A DNA stretch of 64,000 nucleotides from Takakia lepidozioides (Eukaryota > Plantae > Bryophyta). A program made the translations under genes and the position numbers. The notes under the pieces were generated by a model. It was not told the origin of the DNA. It worked only from the letters and a program-made list of their open reading frames with translations, and searched no databases. The stretch spans positions 61,318,001 to 61,382,000 of the forward strand of contig CM060733.1 in NCBI GenBank assembly GCA_030704615.1. The letters run 5' to 3'. Of this stretch, positions 25,523-38,148 are shown in pieces (position 1 is the first letter of the stretch; each line of letters opens with the position of its first letter).

Positions 25523-27910
25523 ATGAGGCTGGGGGGTGTAACCGTCTCTGCAACTCCTAACGGTACGCTAGGGAGGGGCTTTGCTGACTTTGGGGGTATG
25601 CCAGCTGGGTTGATGGCCCCTCCGCGACCGGTGCCACCGTTGGCAATGTCCCGCCCACCTCCGAAGAATGTGTATGGGTCTTCCCCGGGCCTCTCACTTG
25701 CCCCTCCCAGTGGGCTTGAGGGACAGCGCGAAATGAGCCAAACGGCTGAGAGTGAGCAACTACAGAAAAACAAAGAGGAGGAGTATGAAAGCAGGTCAGG
25801 AAGTGACAACATGGAGGGAGCATCTGGTGATGATCAGGATCCTGATCACCCTGCACCTCGCAAGAAGAGGTATCACAGGCACACGCCGCGCCAGATACAA
25901 GAGATGGAAATGGTGTTCAAAGAGTGCCCCCACCCTGATGACAAACAGCGACAGCAGCTGAGTAAGGAGCTGGGCCTAGAACCCCGCCAGGTCAAGTTTT
26001 GGTTTCAAAACCGGAGAACCCAGATGAAGGCTCATCAAGAGCGAGCTGAGAATTCAATCCTCCGAGCTGACAATGATAAACTGCGATCAGAAAATATTAC
26101 AATGCGTGAGGCAATCAAGAATGCATCTTGTCCCCACTGCGGGGGTCCTGCGACCATGGGTGAGATGTCATTCGACGAGCAGCAACTGCGGATTGAAAAT
26201 GTGCGTTTGAAGGAGGAGCTGGATCGCGTTTCTGCTTTGGCCGCAAAGTATCTCGGTAGACCTATCGCGCCAATGGTACCTCTTACTGTTCCAAGCTCTT
26301 CTCTGGATTTGCAAGTGGGAGGGGGCAGCTTTGGCATGCATGCAGCACCTGCTGGGATGGACATTGTGCAGGGCCCGTCGGTTGCTGATGTAGCGACTCG
26401 GCCAGGTGGGCTCACGGATGCGGAGAAGCCAATGGTTGTGGAGCTGGCTGTCACAGCTATGGAAGAGTTGGTGCGCATGGCTCAAGCTGAAGATCCTCTG
26501 TGGATAGTCAGCCCTGACGCTCCCAAAGAACAGCTGAACTATGATGAGTACTTGCGCCAGTTTCCACGAGGGATTGGTAGCCGACCTCACGGGCTGAAGA
26601 CGGAGGCCACGCGGGAGACGGGGTTGGTGATGATGAATGGAGTGAATTTGGTGGAGACACTAATGGACGCCGGGCGCTGGATGGAAATGTTTCCTTGCAT
26701 CGTATCTCGAGCTCTGACTGTTGATGTCCTCTCCCCGGGAGTGACTGGGAATCGCAACGGTGCTTTGCAGCTTATGTATGCAGAGCTCCAGGTGTTGTCT
26801 CCGTTGGTACCCACGCGCGAGATTTACTTCCTTCGCTACTGCAAGCAGCATGCCGAGGGCGTGTGGGCTGTGGTCGATGTGTCTGTGGATAGCCTCCGAG
26901 ACAATCCTCCACCATCTTTGATGCGCTGCAGAAGGCGTCCTTCAGGCATGCTGATCCAGGAGACCCCAAACGGATACTCTAAAATAACAGAAGTGGAACA
27001 CATGGAGTATGATGATCGCGCTGTCCACGGCATGTATCGAGCTCTGGTCAACACAGGCATGGCATTTGGTGCGCAACGGTGGGTGGCTACTCTTCAGCGC
27101 CAGTGTGAGCGCCTGGCCAGTTTCAGTACTACCACTAGAGATCTGGGTGGGGTGCCAAGTGCCAATGGGCGGCGCAGCATGCTGAAACTGGCTCAGCGCA
27201 TGACTAATAATTTCTGTGCGGGTGTGAGCGCTTCGACTGTCCATACCTGGACAACGCTCTCTGGAAGTGGTGAAGATGACGTGCGTGTGATGACTCGCAA
27301 GAGTGTGGACAACCCGGGTGAGCCTCATGGCATCGTTCTGAGTGCTGCCACCTCTATGTGGCTCCCAGTACCTCCTCAACGTGTTTTTGAGTTTCTGAGG
27401 GACGAGCGATTGCGGAGTGAGTGGGACATCCTGTCGAATGGAGGGCTAGTGGCTGAAATGGCACACATTGCCAAAGGACAAGATCATGGGAACAGTGTAT
27501 CACTTTTGCGGGTGAATGCTATGAACGCAAGCCAGAGCAACATGCTCATTCTTCAAGAAAGCTGCACCGATGTGGCTGGTTCACTGGTTATCTATGCGCC
27601 TGTTGACATTCCAGCCATGAACCTTGTGTTGCAGGGCAGTGATCCTGACTATGTAGCTCTCCTACCCTCAGGGTTCGCAATCCTTCCAGATGGTCCAGAG
27701 AACCGAAGGTCCATGGGTGTTCAACATGAGAGTGGACAATTTGGAGATAGCCCGCACAGAGGTGGATCTCTGCTGACAGTAGCTTTTCAGATACTGGTGA
27801 GCAGTATACCATCAGCCAGGCTTTCTCTCGAGTCTGTGGCAACTGTGAACAATCTCATATCCTGCACGGTACAGCGCATCAAGTCTGCTCTACAGTGCGA
27901 GAGCGCCTAA
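25523..27910 (+). CDS. Class IV HD-ZIP transcription factor (homeodomain, zipper-loop-zipper, START, SAD; ATML1/PDF2/HDG family)
   Basis: Uninterrupted 795-aa ORF: RKKRYHRHT...[21 protein letters not shown] zipper loop, START ([16 protein letters not shown]), C-terminal [12 protein letters not shown] and [12 protein letters not shown]. Confidence 0.97.
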   Translation: MRLGGVTVSATPNGTLGRGFADFGGMPAGLMAPPRPVPPLAMSRPPPKNVYGSSPGLSLAPPSGLEGQREMSQTAESEQLQKNKEEEYESRSGSDNMEGASGDDQDPDHPAPRKKRYHRHTPRQIQEMEMVFKECPHPDDKQRQQLSKELGLEPRQVKFWFQNRRTQMKAHQERAENSILRADNDKLRSENITMREAIKNASCPHCGGPATMGEMSFDEQQLRIENVRLKEELDRVSALAAKYLGRPIAPMVPLTVPSSSLDLQVGGGSFGMHAAPAGMDIVQGPSVADVATRPGGLTDAEKPMVVELAVTAMEELVRMAQAEDPLWIVSPDAPKEQLNYDEYLRQFPRGIGSRPHGLKTEATRETGLVMMNGVNLVETLMDAGRWMEMFPCIVSRALTVDVLSPGVTGNRNGALQLMYAELQVLSPLVPTREIYFLRYCKQHAEGVWAVVDVSVDSLRDNPPPSLMRCRRRPSGMLIQETPNGYSKITEVEHMEYDDRAVHGMYRALVNTGMAFGAQRWVATLQRQCERLASFSTTTRDLGGVPSANGRRSMLKLAQRMTNNFCAGVSASTVHTWTTLSGSGEDDVRVMTRKSVDNPGEPHGIVLSAATSMWLPVPPQRVFEFLRDERLRSEWDILSNGGLVAEMAHIAKGQDHGNSVSLLRVNAMNASQSNMLILQESCTDVAGSLVIYAPVDIPAMNLVLQGSDPDYVALLPSGFAILPDGPENRRSMGVQHESGQFGDSPHRGGSLLTVAFQILVSSIPSARLSLESVATVNNLISCTVQRIKSALQCESA

Positions 27911-28196
27911 GAGGAGTGCGGTGGTGTGGCCTTTTCTTTTGCTGGTTAGGAATGGCAGTTCTTTCTCAGCCACAACCTCTAGGAAGAGCGAAGAGAGGTA
28001 TAGTGAGGACTAGTGCTGCTGAGAGAGTTGAGGAGCTTTCAAGATTGTCTGACAGCTCATATTGAGCATGATCTTGAGTGTTCCTCAAAAGGGTTAAGGA
28101 GGGTCAACATTATGCCAATAATTGCCCAATACAGCTACGCCCAGGCCATTTAGCTTTGGCCTCCTGACAAACAAGACAATGTAGGGGGTAGGAGTT

Positions 28197-28373
28197 AGTC
28201 AAGAGCGAACCACCATCGATGGCCCTTGCTGCGTGGTAGAGTGGAATATCCACGACTGTGTGGATGAGTGCACTCTGGTGTGCGGGTCTTCAGGTGTGAT
28301 TCCTGGTCACTCACACACCAGAATCGTGCATGTGCTTCACCACTCGGCAAGGGTAGTGGTTCGGGTATTGACT
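28197..28373 (+). promoter_or_regulatory. Conserved HD-ZIP IV 3'UTR paired motifs
   Basis: AGTCAAGAGCGAACCACC (28197-28214) can pair with GTGGTTCGGGTATTGACT (28356-28373), the motif known from HD-ZIP IV 3'UTRs. Confidence 0.85.
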
Positions 28374-30707
28374 CTACTTCTCACCCTTCTTTCTCATTCA
28401 TAAACTGTCTCAAAAGGTTCTTCACTTCTTGAAGGATCACTTTGTAAAATTTTGGTATCCAAATGGGCGTTTTTAAGGAATGTACAAGACTGCTATGCGG
28501 CTGTTTTCTATGATGTTCACTTTCAAGTTAGGCTGCTGCATCTTGTGGGAATGCAGGCTACATCTAGATTCTGAGGCAGCGGTCGTCTGTATGGCAGATG
28601 ACTTGAGAATCTCTGTTTGCAAGTGGCTAGCTCATGTTTCAATTCTCAACCTGTTGTTTTTGCAATGCTGTGAGACAAGAAGGAATCTGCGGGTATTGGA
28701 AATGTCTAAGGCCCAAGCACCAGATCAACCTTCTTACCCTGATCCAAATAAGTGGAGATAAAGACTTGGGATCATCATCGATCCACTCATCTATGTGGAT
28801 CGCTCCTAGGTCTTGTTTTCTAAATATGTTAATTATTGTTATTATTATCATTTTCTTTAGTTTAAAACAGGATGAAGGCCCTGGAAAGTCTTGGTCTTGG
28901 GGACGGAGGCCCTTTTAATCAATTGAGCTTGGTTGAGAATGTGACTTTCTTTTTTCTTACTTTTTCTTTTGTAAGAGAAGAGGGGACGGTGGCCCTCAAA
29001 ACTTTATTGAATGGAGATTGTATGAAAAACAGATAATAGCAAGGAAAATAATAACCTTGCAGGGAGCCATGCAGACCAACAATGGGACACTGCAACGTAA
29101 CCAGGAGTTCAGGGCTAGAGTATTAGAAGCTACCAGGCTTCCTTTTAGATTGATCAAAAGAGAGATGAACCTTAGATCTGCTTTTCCTAAGACTGCGTAT
29201 GTGACGCCAATTGACTTGGGGCTCTTCACCTTCAGCTGGAGAGACTCTAACGCTAGGGGAGCTCCCAGCCGTTGTTCCATGTAACCCGAAGTTTAGAGGT
29301 TATGGTAAACCACCTTTACCCAGGATCCCGAAAGCAACTAGTAGTTGTTGTGTCCTTCTTTCTGAACTTCTATGAAAAGCTGCAACCAAAACCCACCAGG
29401 CTTTCCGAGTGAGCTCTGTGGAGAATAGTTCTAACACAAGGAGATGAACCGTCAAAATATAGGGAACATCTAGCTTTCCAAATATTTCTAGTGACTACTG
29501 AAGGTTGGAGACTAGTTTTAGTGTGGAGCAGAAATAGGGTGTCTTAGTGGGCCACATCATTATTGCCACGTCATCAGCCACATCATTGCTTGAATCTGCC
29601 CGGACTGCCCAAATGTTTTAATATTTTTTTAAAAAAAAAACGTCATCTCTGCCAGGTCATCGTCGCCATGTTTGGGAGGCCACATGATCAATGTACATTC
29701 TTAAAGCTGCCCGAATTGCCCGAAAAAAAACTAAATTATGAAAATCCTTTTTGTCAAATCTGTTCAAATATTTCTTTCTTTTTTCTTTCCTTCTTTCTTT
29801 CTTTTGTTTGTTCACATGATATTCGTTGTAAATGAAATTGCACTTCCAAATATTTTGATTTCGCAGTAAGAACATTTCAATTTACTAATATTTTATGATA
29901 GTACATGTAAATATAAAGGTAATAGCTAATGAAATGTCAAAACTCTTAATGTGGAACTTTTTTCTCTTGTCTATATTTTGGATAGTTAAAAATGTACATC
30001 CATTAATATATTATAATTGTGACATTAGTAAAATCAAACAAATTCATATTGACAAATAAAATGAAAATCAACATCATTAATACATCCAGAAATAATTTTA
30101 CTGCAAAAGACAAAACAATGCATAACATGGAAAACCCCAGGATTAATGTACAATCTCTGATAAGAGGGTAAGTTGGTCTCCAACATACTGAATCTTCCCC
30201 ACTATCTCTTGAGAATAACATGGAACTAAATGGAGTATAACTTCCGAACTGGTGACAGTGGTAGATCAATGTAAACTCCGGTCGGGATTACACTATGGAG
30301 AGTGTAATCCCACTTGGGATTTGACAACAGGAGGGTGTAACTCCACTATAGGGATAACACAAACCATAGAAGCAAGGATGACATTACCACCCATGAAGAA
30401 TCAACCATTCCACTTATCAAACCTTCCACCTCATCGCCTCCATTACCATCACCTTACCAATAGGCTACTCATCACTATCTAACAATCTCTCGCATTCTAA
30501 GGTATTTAATAGAGAATCTGCGGTAAGACAAGGTGGGGAAGGGGGTTGGTATCATGTGAGCACAACGTGAGCATGTTCACGTGAGCACAACCCATGGTCA
30601 CGGGGGTTGTATGTTTTTAAACCGCGGTCATAGGAGTTACATGTTTTGAGGCACGGTGCATTTATAGGGTGCAGTTGCACCAAAACGATAAACTATTTGA
30701 TCTATCT

Positions 30708-31035
30708 TTCAATTTCACATTGAGAAATTAATTAAGTGGTAGTTTCGGGAGTGAGAGTTTCAATTTCGCATTGAGAAATTAAAATTAAGTGATAGTTTCG
30801 GGGGTGAGAGTTTTAATTTCGCATTGAGATATTAACATTAAGTGGTAGTTTCGGTGGTGAGAGTTTTATTTTCGCATTGAGAAATTAACATTAAGTGATA
30901 GTTTCGGGGTTGCATTGAGAAATTAATTCAATTTTTTTAAAATAAAATAAAATAAAGTGGTAGTTTCGGGAGTGAGAGTTTTAATTTTGCGTTGAGAAAT
31001 TAAAATTATGTGGTAGTTTTGGAAGTGAGAGTTTC
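30708..31035. repeat. About 54-bp AT-rich tandem repeat (about 6 units)
   Basis: aatttcgcattgagaaattaaaattaagtggtagtttcgggagtgagagtt repeated; flanked by inverted gagcatg(t/c)tcacgtgagcacaa at about 30570 and 31350, so possibly inside a MITE. Confidence 0.8.
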
Positions 31036-31410
31036 GTCTCGATAAATTATCCATGGGATATGACAATCTTTAAGGTCTCTTAGAGTCTCAGCACCCTTTT
31101 CTCAAGTCTATCATGGAAAGGGCCTAGTATCAGGTGAGCATAGCGTGAGGAAATCTCACGCCTATAGGGGTAACATGTTTATCATGTATAGGGGTTACTT
31201 GTTTTTTTTTGCTTTTGTCCTTAAGTGTTGCTGTGAGGGCCTATGTGAGCATTAAAAATAGTTTTGCAAATTTTTTGGTTTCTCAATTTTCGTTTTGCTG
31301 AAGAATATTCAGAAGGCATCTTAGGAATATGCGGTATATCCCTGCTTGTGCTCACGTGAGCATGCTCCCTCGCTACCCAACTTAGGTGGGGAAGACCTGA
31401 CATGCACCTG

Positions 31411-32702
31411 TAGGGAATTCCAAAAAGGCCTTGATGTGAAATGCATCGCAATTCGCTGGATCACCCCCTAAAAGTGCGCAATTCAATTGAACTAAGCCTA
31501 ATTTGCAATTCAATTGAATTGTCGGCACACGATTCAATTGAATTGTGAATTGGCAATTCAATTGAATTGCTGACTACAATTCAATTGAATTGTAATCTAT
31601 AATTTTTAACTTATTTCTGTATATAATATATAATATATATGTACATATATATATATTCAAATTATATTTATACACATATAAGAGTAATTGAATCGCTAGT
31701 TGGCAATTCAATTGAATTGTAATCTATAATTTTTAACTTATTTTTGTATATAATATATAATATATATGTACATGTATATATTCAAATTATATTTATACAC
31801 ATATAAGAGTATAAGCTAAAAATACATGTTGCCCGTCTAGTCTTGCTGGCCCTCTTTCTTGTGCCTTGAGGAAATTGTGGAGTTGTGAAACCACCCTCAG
31901 CCTCAGCGAGAAAGGGAGAGCCAGAGACGGAGGCAGATCAGCAGCTTCCTGTGATTCATTGGCAAAAGAAACATGGCTGGCTCCGGAAAAAACAGACAAA
32001 ATCAAACCTGACAATTGATGAAAGGCTTCCCCTGCATCACCATGTAGTCCCCTAACACTAGTATCTGGCCCAGGACAAAGAAAACAAAAAATATGTTCAT
32101 CTTGAGAATTATCAAAAAATTTGATACCCTTACAAAGGTATCATGTTGAAGTTGGGATGTGTGTTTTATATAAGTTTAATATATCAAACTCTTACACATT
32201 GATACTCTTACATTGGTATCATGTTTGGTATATGTACATAGCCATATATTGGCACCAACATCCACAAAGAGAGACAATCCCGCTTTTACAAGCGCTTCGT
32301 GACTTCCCCTCTCTCTCTCTCCCTCTCTCGCTCTCCCTTAGGCTTATCTTGGGCTCAAACCTTACCACGGGCAAAGGATTGACAGACGGACAGCAGGTCA
32401 ACATGTATTTTTAGCTTATACCTGTGTATGTATATATGTATAATTTATATATATATATTATATATTATATACAGAAATAAGTTAAAAAATATAGATTACA
32501 ATTCAATTGAATTGTAGTCAGCAATTCAATTGAATTGCCAATTCGCAATTCAATTGAATCGTGTGCCGACAATTCAATTGAATTGCAAATTAGGGTTAGT
32601 TCAATTGAATTGCCCTTGCAATTGAATTGAATTGCGCACTTTTAGGGGGTGATCAAGTGAATTGCGATGCATTTCACATCAAGGCCTTTTTGGAATTCCC
32701 GA
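31411..32702. mobile_element. Foldback/MITE-like element with long terminal inverted repeats
   Basis: gggaattccaaaaaggccttgatgtgaaatgcatcgcaattc at 31413 is inverted at 32700; arms extend 300-400 bp with many caattcaattgaattg palindromes; CACCTG on both sides (31405-31410, 32703-32708). Confidence 0.88.
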
Positions 32703-32865
32703 CACCTGCCATAGAGGAGCCCACGCCGCCTACATCCAACACTACCTCATATGCCTTCGATTTTTACATTGTTCCTAATGTGTTTTTGCATAAAATATAT
32801 TTCTAATCAAAAGGAACATTTCTCTCATAAGTCGATATGAGGAGTGCGGAGCAACGTGTAGCCCT

Positions 32866-33110
32866 AGTAATCCTCCAGTAGGTAGTGTACTGAGTGCTAC
32901 CCAGGTGATTCTGGGTTCAAATCCTGCTACCTTGTCTAGTGTGGTATTATCTACTCCTCCTTCCCTTGGATGGTGTCCCAAAGGCCTTATGCCGGCGCCT
33001 GGTGGGAAGGTTGTTGTGAAAGAGGTTATTTTCTCCTCTCAGTGTGATCACCTAAAGTCCTGATTTGATCTCGCTCTCAGGTCAGTGTTTCCTTTAGAAA
33101 ACAAATATAA
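32866..33110 (+). mobile_element. tRNA-derived SINE, diverged second copy
   Basis: B box GGTTCAAATCC at 32914-32924; body colinear with 22354-22590 (aagaggttatttt.tcctctc, cctgatttg, gtgtttcc.ttt). Confidence 0.65.
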
Positions 33111-35938
33111 AGTGCACCTTTTGCACCTCCCGCCGCCTTAACCTAATTAGATAACTAGTTTTAAAGCTAGGGACATGGGGTCGTATTATAGCTGCCACCC
33201 AACGTTTCACAGGGTTTGGCCCTTCACTTGTCAAGAGAGTTTTGCCATATGTCACCACGTGGCAAGTCTTTTTTGGCTATGGTAGCTCTGATAGCGACAT
33301 CTGGGGCTACAAAACCCGAGGAATACTCCCCCATCCGATTACGTTACCTAATGGACCCTGCCCGCGGCCCCGCGCTCGCCGGGTCCACCCGGTGGCCGTT
33401 ATCTGCTATATAGTTAACAGGAATATAACACCTCCACACCCAACGCTGTGGAATTGGGTGACCCACTAAAATCGGGCAGCTGTGGGCCCGCTTTCCACCA
33501 CCACCTCTTTCCTTACTTTTTGTTGCGCTGGAACGTGGTGCCGCTCTTGCGCTTGAATAGAATAGTGCGGCAATTGCCCCGCCAGGGAAGAGGGCTCTCG
33601 GGTAAAACGAACATTGTGCTCCAGGGCACGAGATGGAGTGTTTTGCACGAGAACGGTCCATTTCAACCATTTTCGAGAATGTCCAGCTTCCCTCCAATCG
33701 GCAGATCCCCCTTTATAACACCTGCGGGAGATCTCGTTATGCCTCGCCCCAAAGGCCGCGGCTAGTCCTTGACGTCCATTGGCTGACAGTGACAAACTAG
33801 GAACACAAGAAGAATCGTGACTTTAAAATTTAAAGCTCAATTAAGTTTCCAGCAGCTTTGCGGGAAGGATTGAGACTTGCTAGATATCGGAAATCTGGCT
33901 AGGTGTGTGGTCCTTAGTTCGCACAATGGTACAATGTCAGACATATTTCCCTTTGTCTGTAGCTGCTATTACATCTGGCTCTCGCTTCTGTTTTTCTCTT
34001 TTCTCTGTGGGCTCTAATAAGACGAGAGCCTCTTGCGGCTGTTCACTCAGTTTTTGAAGTTCCTCGATAACCCTCTCTCCCCAGGGTTTGGGTCCTTAGC
34101 AATGGACGTTCAGCCTCTGATCTCTGGATTGCTCTCAGTTTTATCTTTTCTTAGGACTGGTTGTTGTTCAACCTTTTCGTAGCTTATGCATCTCATTTGT
34201 CTCTGCTCCCCACTCTCTCTTAGCTAGTTTGATTCATAGCTCGTGGTTTACCTCACTAGTGGATCGAGTAGAGCTGTCCACAAGGGCCTACCAGGGTAAT
34301 ACCCAGTGCTCTATCTCATGGATTCCTAACATGGTTCTTTTTCCCATCGATTCCTTTGGCTTCTTTCTCTCTTTTCTTTTGATTTTCTTAAAACATATGT
34401 TAATCAAACGCAAGATTTCCATTATTATTTTTAATCAAGTTAATCTCTATCAAGATATATTTCTAAGGAAGATAATAGGAATAATGTAAGAACTCAAGTG
34501 CAGATGGTGTTTCCGGCATGTCAAACCTTCCCCACCCTCTCTTGAGAGCTGAAGGAGTCTCCAATCGGGGTTGCACTGGGTTACACGGCGAGGTGTGTAA
34601 CTCCACATGGGGTTACATTGGGTTACACGACGAGGTGTGTAACTCCACTCGGGGTTACACAGAATGGAGCGTAACTCCACTCGGTGTAACTCACACTTGG
34701 TCTTGAAATTTGACTAAGTATAAAATGGACCTACCAGGGTTACATGAAAGACCGGTGTTACACTACAAGAGCCTCCCATGAAGACTCCAACCCAGAACCT
34801 CGCCACCTGCAAAGCTATTACCTTACCATCACGCTACCCACCACAACATGGAACCCACTTGGATTCTTAAGTATTTAGTAGTGAAACCGAGGTAACAAGG
34901 GGTGGGGAGGATTTGATAGGGGCCCCAGCGGGAGGAGCCCAGGCTGCCGGGATCCTGCGAAAGTACCATCAGATTGCATGCATCCATTCAGTTCTTACAT
35001 TATTCCTATTGTCTTCCTATTTCTAATCGCAAATCATATATCCAAGAAAACATCCAATAGATGGACCAATGGTGAGGGCACAAGGCCGCTTGTGAGTTCA
35101 ATATAATATAGATGTATGTTAGATGTCATCCATTATGGCCACTCCACCTATTAAAAAAAATGTCATTTGGATTGGGGTTGGGTACATGCTCATATGAGTG
35201 GAAAAAGATATTCCATGTATTCTAGAAATATCCATAAAATATGTTCTAACGAAAGGAAAGGATGCTCACAATTGAAAATATAAAGGGGAGGGATGTGAGG
35301 TTGGAGGCTCCGCGTTGTGCGGTGAGTGGAGAAAGGACTTAGCCGCTGGCAAGTCATCTCCCGTTGCTGAACGGATGCTTTCCGGCTTTCCCCCTTCCTA
35401 TCTGTTCCTGAATCTAGCTCGGTTGAGCTCGACGGATTTCGTTCGCTAGTATCTGATACTCTCAGGAGCTGAAATCTCCATAGACGAAAGTCCTTCTCAT
35501 CGCTTTCTGCTTCTCCCTACCCCCGGATGTGTTCATCCTTCTCTCTCTCCGACTTTTGTGTTTGGACTCTACGTAAGGAGCACTCGAAGGTTGAAGTCCC
35601 TTGTCCCTTCCTCTTCAAGAACTGCAACTCCTTGGTGTGCAGTCAGGAAAAGAGACGCTCTCCTCACTGTCCACTGCCAAGTCTTCAAGCTTACGCGGTG
35701 CGGCCAGCTGCATGCGTGTTGGCATTATCGCCCTTGGGAGTGGTTTTCAAATCCAGGGTATGGCTGTTTGGCGCGTGCTAACTTCTTCTTCCACCAGATA
35801 GGCTGCTCTGCGTCTTTCTTTCTACTTCTCCTCTCACCCCGCCCCTCTCATTTCCCTTCTTTCCCCCCTAGTTTGGTGCGTCTAACAGTCTGGTTCTCTC
35901 TTTTGTCCTAGTTTCTTAGTCCTGTCTAGCTTGTCTCT

Positions 35939-37182
35939 ATGGCTCCAAATGCGAGCGCTTCTTTTGGGGGCCCGCCCAAATCTTATGCATTCAGATCCAA
36001 TAGACAGCAGCGTGAGAGGCGTAGAAGCGGAGGGTTCTATAGACAAAATGGTATGGGTCTTCTTGGAGCAGCCCCGCCTTCTCCTCCAAGCAAGCAGGTG
36101 GAACTGTGGAGTGAGGAAGCACCTGTCATGAGAGAAGACCAGCCTGTTTTAGCTCTGAACATGGAGGTCATAAAAAGCTACTCACTGCTGTTGGCTGATA
36201 GAGGAATCTTACTGCACTTCCCAGGTCGGGTTCGTGACCGGCATTGGGCTCGAACGTGGAGCCAGGAGCATTTGGGCCCTGATGGTGACCTCACCAAGCA
36301 TTTTTGTCACCCCGTGGGAAGTGGATTCTTCTCTATCCTCTTTAGCTCTGCAGAGCTCACTGAAAAGGCGCTGAGGTTCAACATCCGGAAATCTCGCTAC
36401 AGAGTCCATATATTCCCCTGGTCTTCCGATTGGGGTCATAAAATGGGGGTGACTTGTAAACCTAGGGTGCTTGCTCTGCCATTTCTCCCGGCCATTTACC
36501 TCAGATCACTTCCAGAAATTGGTGCCCACTTTGGTGCATTTATAGGATCTATGAATGTGGATGATTTGGGTGAAGTGGACCTCCTCAGCATTGATTCAGT
36601 GGCTAACATGGAGCACACATGGGATTCGGGAGTCCCAAAGATTGTGGTTTGGATGCCCGAGAATGCCACTATAGAGGCCTTTCTTAAACTGCCAACTTTG
36701 GATAATTGTTTATCACTGTAGTAGTGTTGGAAGAGTCCCTCAAAGTCCTTTGTCACCAATGTCATAAGAAATGACACTTTAAAGTAGATTGCCCACAACT
36801 TAAGAAGGCAAAGAATTCTAACGAAGTGTCCCCGTCTGTGGTAGCAGTGCAGGCTGCAATGAATCAGTTCGAGCACAAGGGTACTGGTTCATTCAAAGGA
36901 GGGAATGATAGGGGAAAAGATGGCAGTGGTGTTCAAGATGAGGCCTCTCCGTCTGAGAGACACCAGGCCAAAAGACCCAGAATACTCTCCACCCCATTGT
37001 CTGCTACGCAGTTTAATCCGAAGGATTCTTGCTCTCTCCGGTGCCATTGATCGAGCGATCCAGAGCGGAAGCAGTTATTTATAAAGTGGGGCAGGGTGAA
37101 GAGGATAATATGGGAGCCTTCTGCTGTTGCCTCAGATCTTTTCATAGGCTGCTTCTCCCGAACAACCCTTCCCCTTCGGATG
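35939..37182 (+). pseudogene. LINE (L1-like) ORF1 remnant
   Basis: DUF4283-like GSGFFSILF...IFPWS...LP..IG..FG, then a degenerate knuckle CHQCHKK*HFKVDC at about 36750; cut by copy 2 at 37183. Confidence 0.6.
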
Positions 37183-38148
37183 TGTCGTGCGTATACATAT
37201 CGCTACACAACTACATCGTTGTCCAAAACCACACAACACATGTGCACGCCATACACTAGTATACCACTAGTCCACCACTAGTCCAGCCACTAGTCCAACC
37301 ACTAGGCTACAACTAGTCAGTCACTAGGCTGCCACTATGCTGCCCATTATGGCAGTCACTAGTCCACACAATGATAAAGAAGAAGAATACAATCACAAGC
37401 TCATGCGAGCTCACAAAGCTGAAGCATAAACTCATGCATATATAAACTCATCACTCAAATATAAGTCAAGCCAAGTGCACCCCATGCCATGGGGAATCCA
37501 CACTACGGCGCCATAGCTAGGCGCGGTGAGGCTCAACTCGAGAAAGATGAGCCTCCCCCGTTTGCCGTGAAGATAACCATTCCAGGGCCTAAATCTGCCT
37601 TGACCCCTGGATTGATACTTGGGCCAATCCCAAATGTCAATATGGAAAAGCTAGCTATTTCCTAGCTAGTTTCACACTAGTGGTAAAATAACTTGACAGC
37701 TGTCGTGCGCATACATATCACTACACAACTACATCGCTGTCCAAAACCACACAACACATGTGCATGCCACACACTAGTATACCACTAGTCCACCACTAGT
37801 CCAGCCACTAGTCCAACCACTAGGCTACAACTAGTCAGTCACTAGGCTGCCACTATGCTGCCCACTATGGCAGTCACTAGTCCACACAATCGCCCCCCTA
37901 GCTGGTGCTTAGGTCCCTCTAAGTCCTGGTAGCCACAAGATGTGATAGTGACCATAGCCTCACTATGTCCTCCACCACTGTCTCTACTAAACTCAAACTC
38001 GATAGATCAAGAGGTCGGGTGCAAGAGTTGCCCCATCGTTAGTCGCCGTCTTGCAAACTGTGAACTTGAGCCTATGATCTCGTATATTGACTCCTATGAG
38101 CTTGGCCTCCCATGTCTTGTTAGCTGCCTCTAGTCATGTCCATTGCCA

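Noticed and set aside
29018-29284. Possible LINE ORF1 fragment
   Set aside because: Only a faint DLGLFTF resemblance; too little to support a call.
30708-31035. CRISPR-like array
   Set aside because: Head-to-tail degenerate units with no unique spacers, no cas genes, eukaryotic context.
33150-33800. Possible non-autonomous Helitron ending in CTAG
   Set aside because: No clear terminal hairpin or A/T insertion site, and no second copy in the window.
34480-34910. tgtaactccac/gggttacac repeat cluster similar to 30260-30540
   Set aside because: Probably an old dispersed repeat, but boundaries and class cannot be defined from the window.
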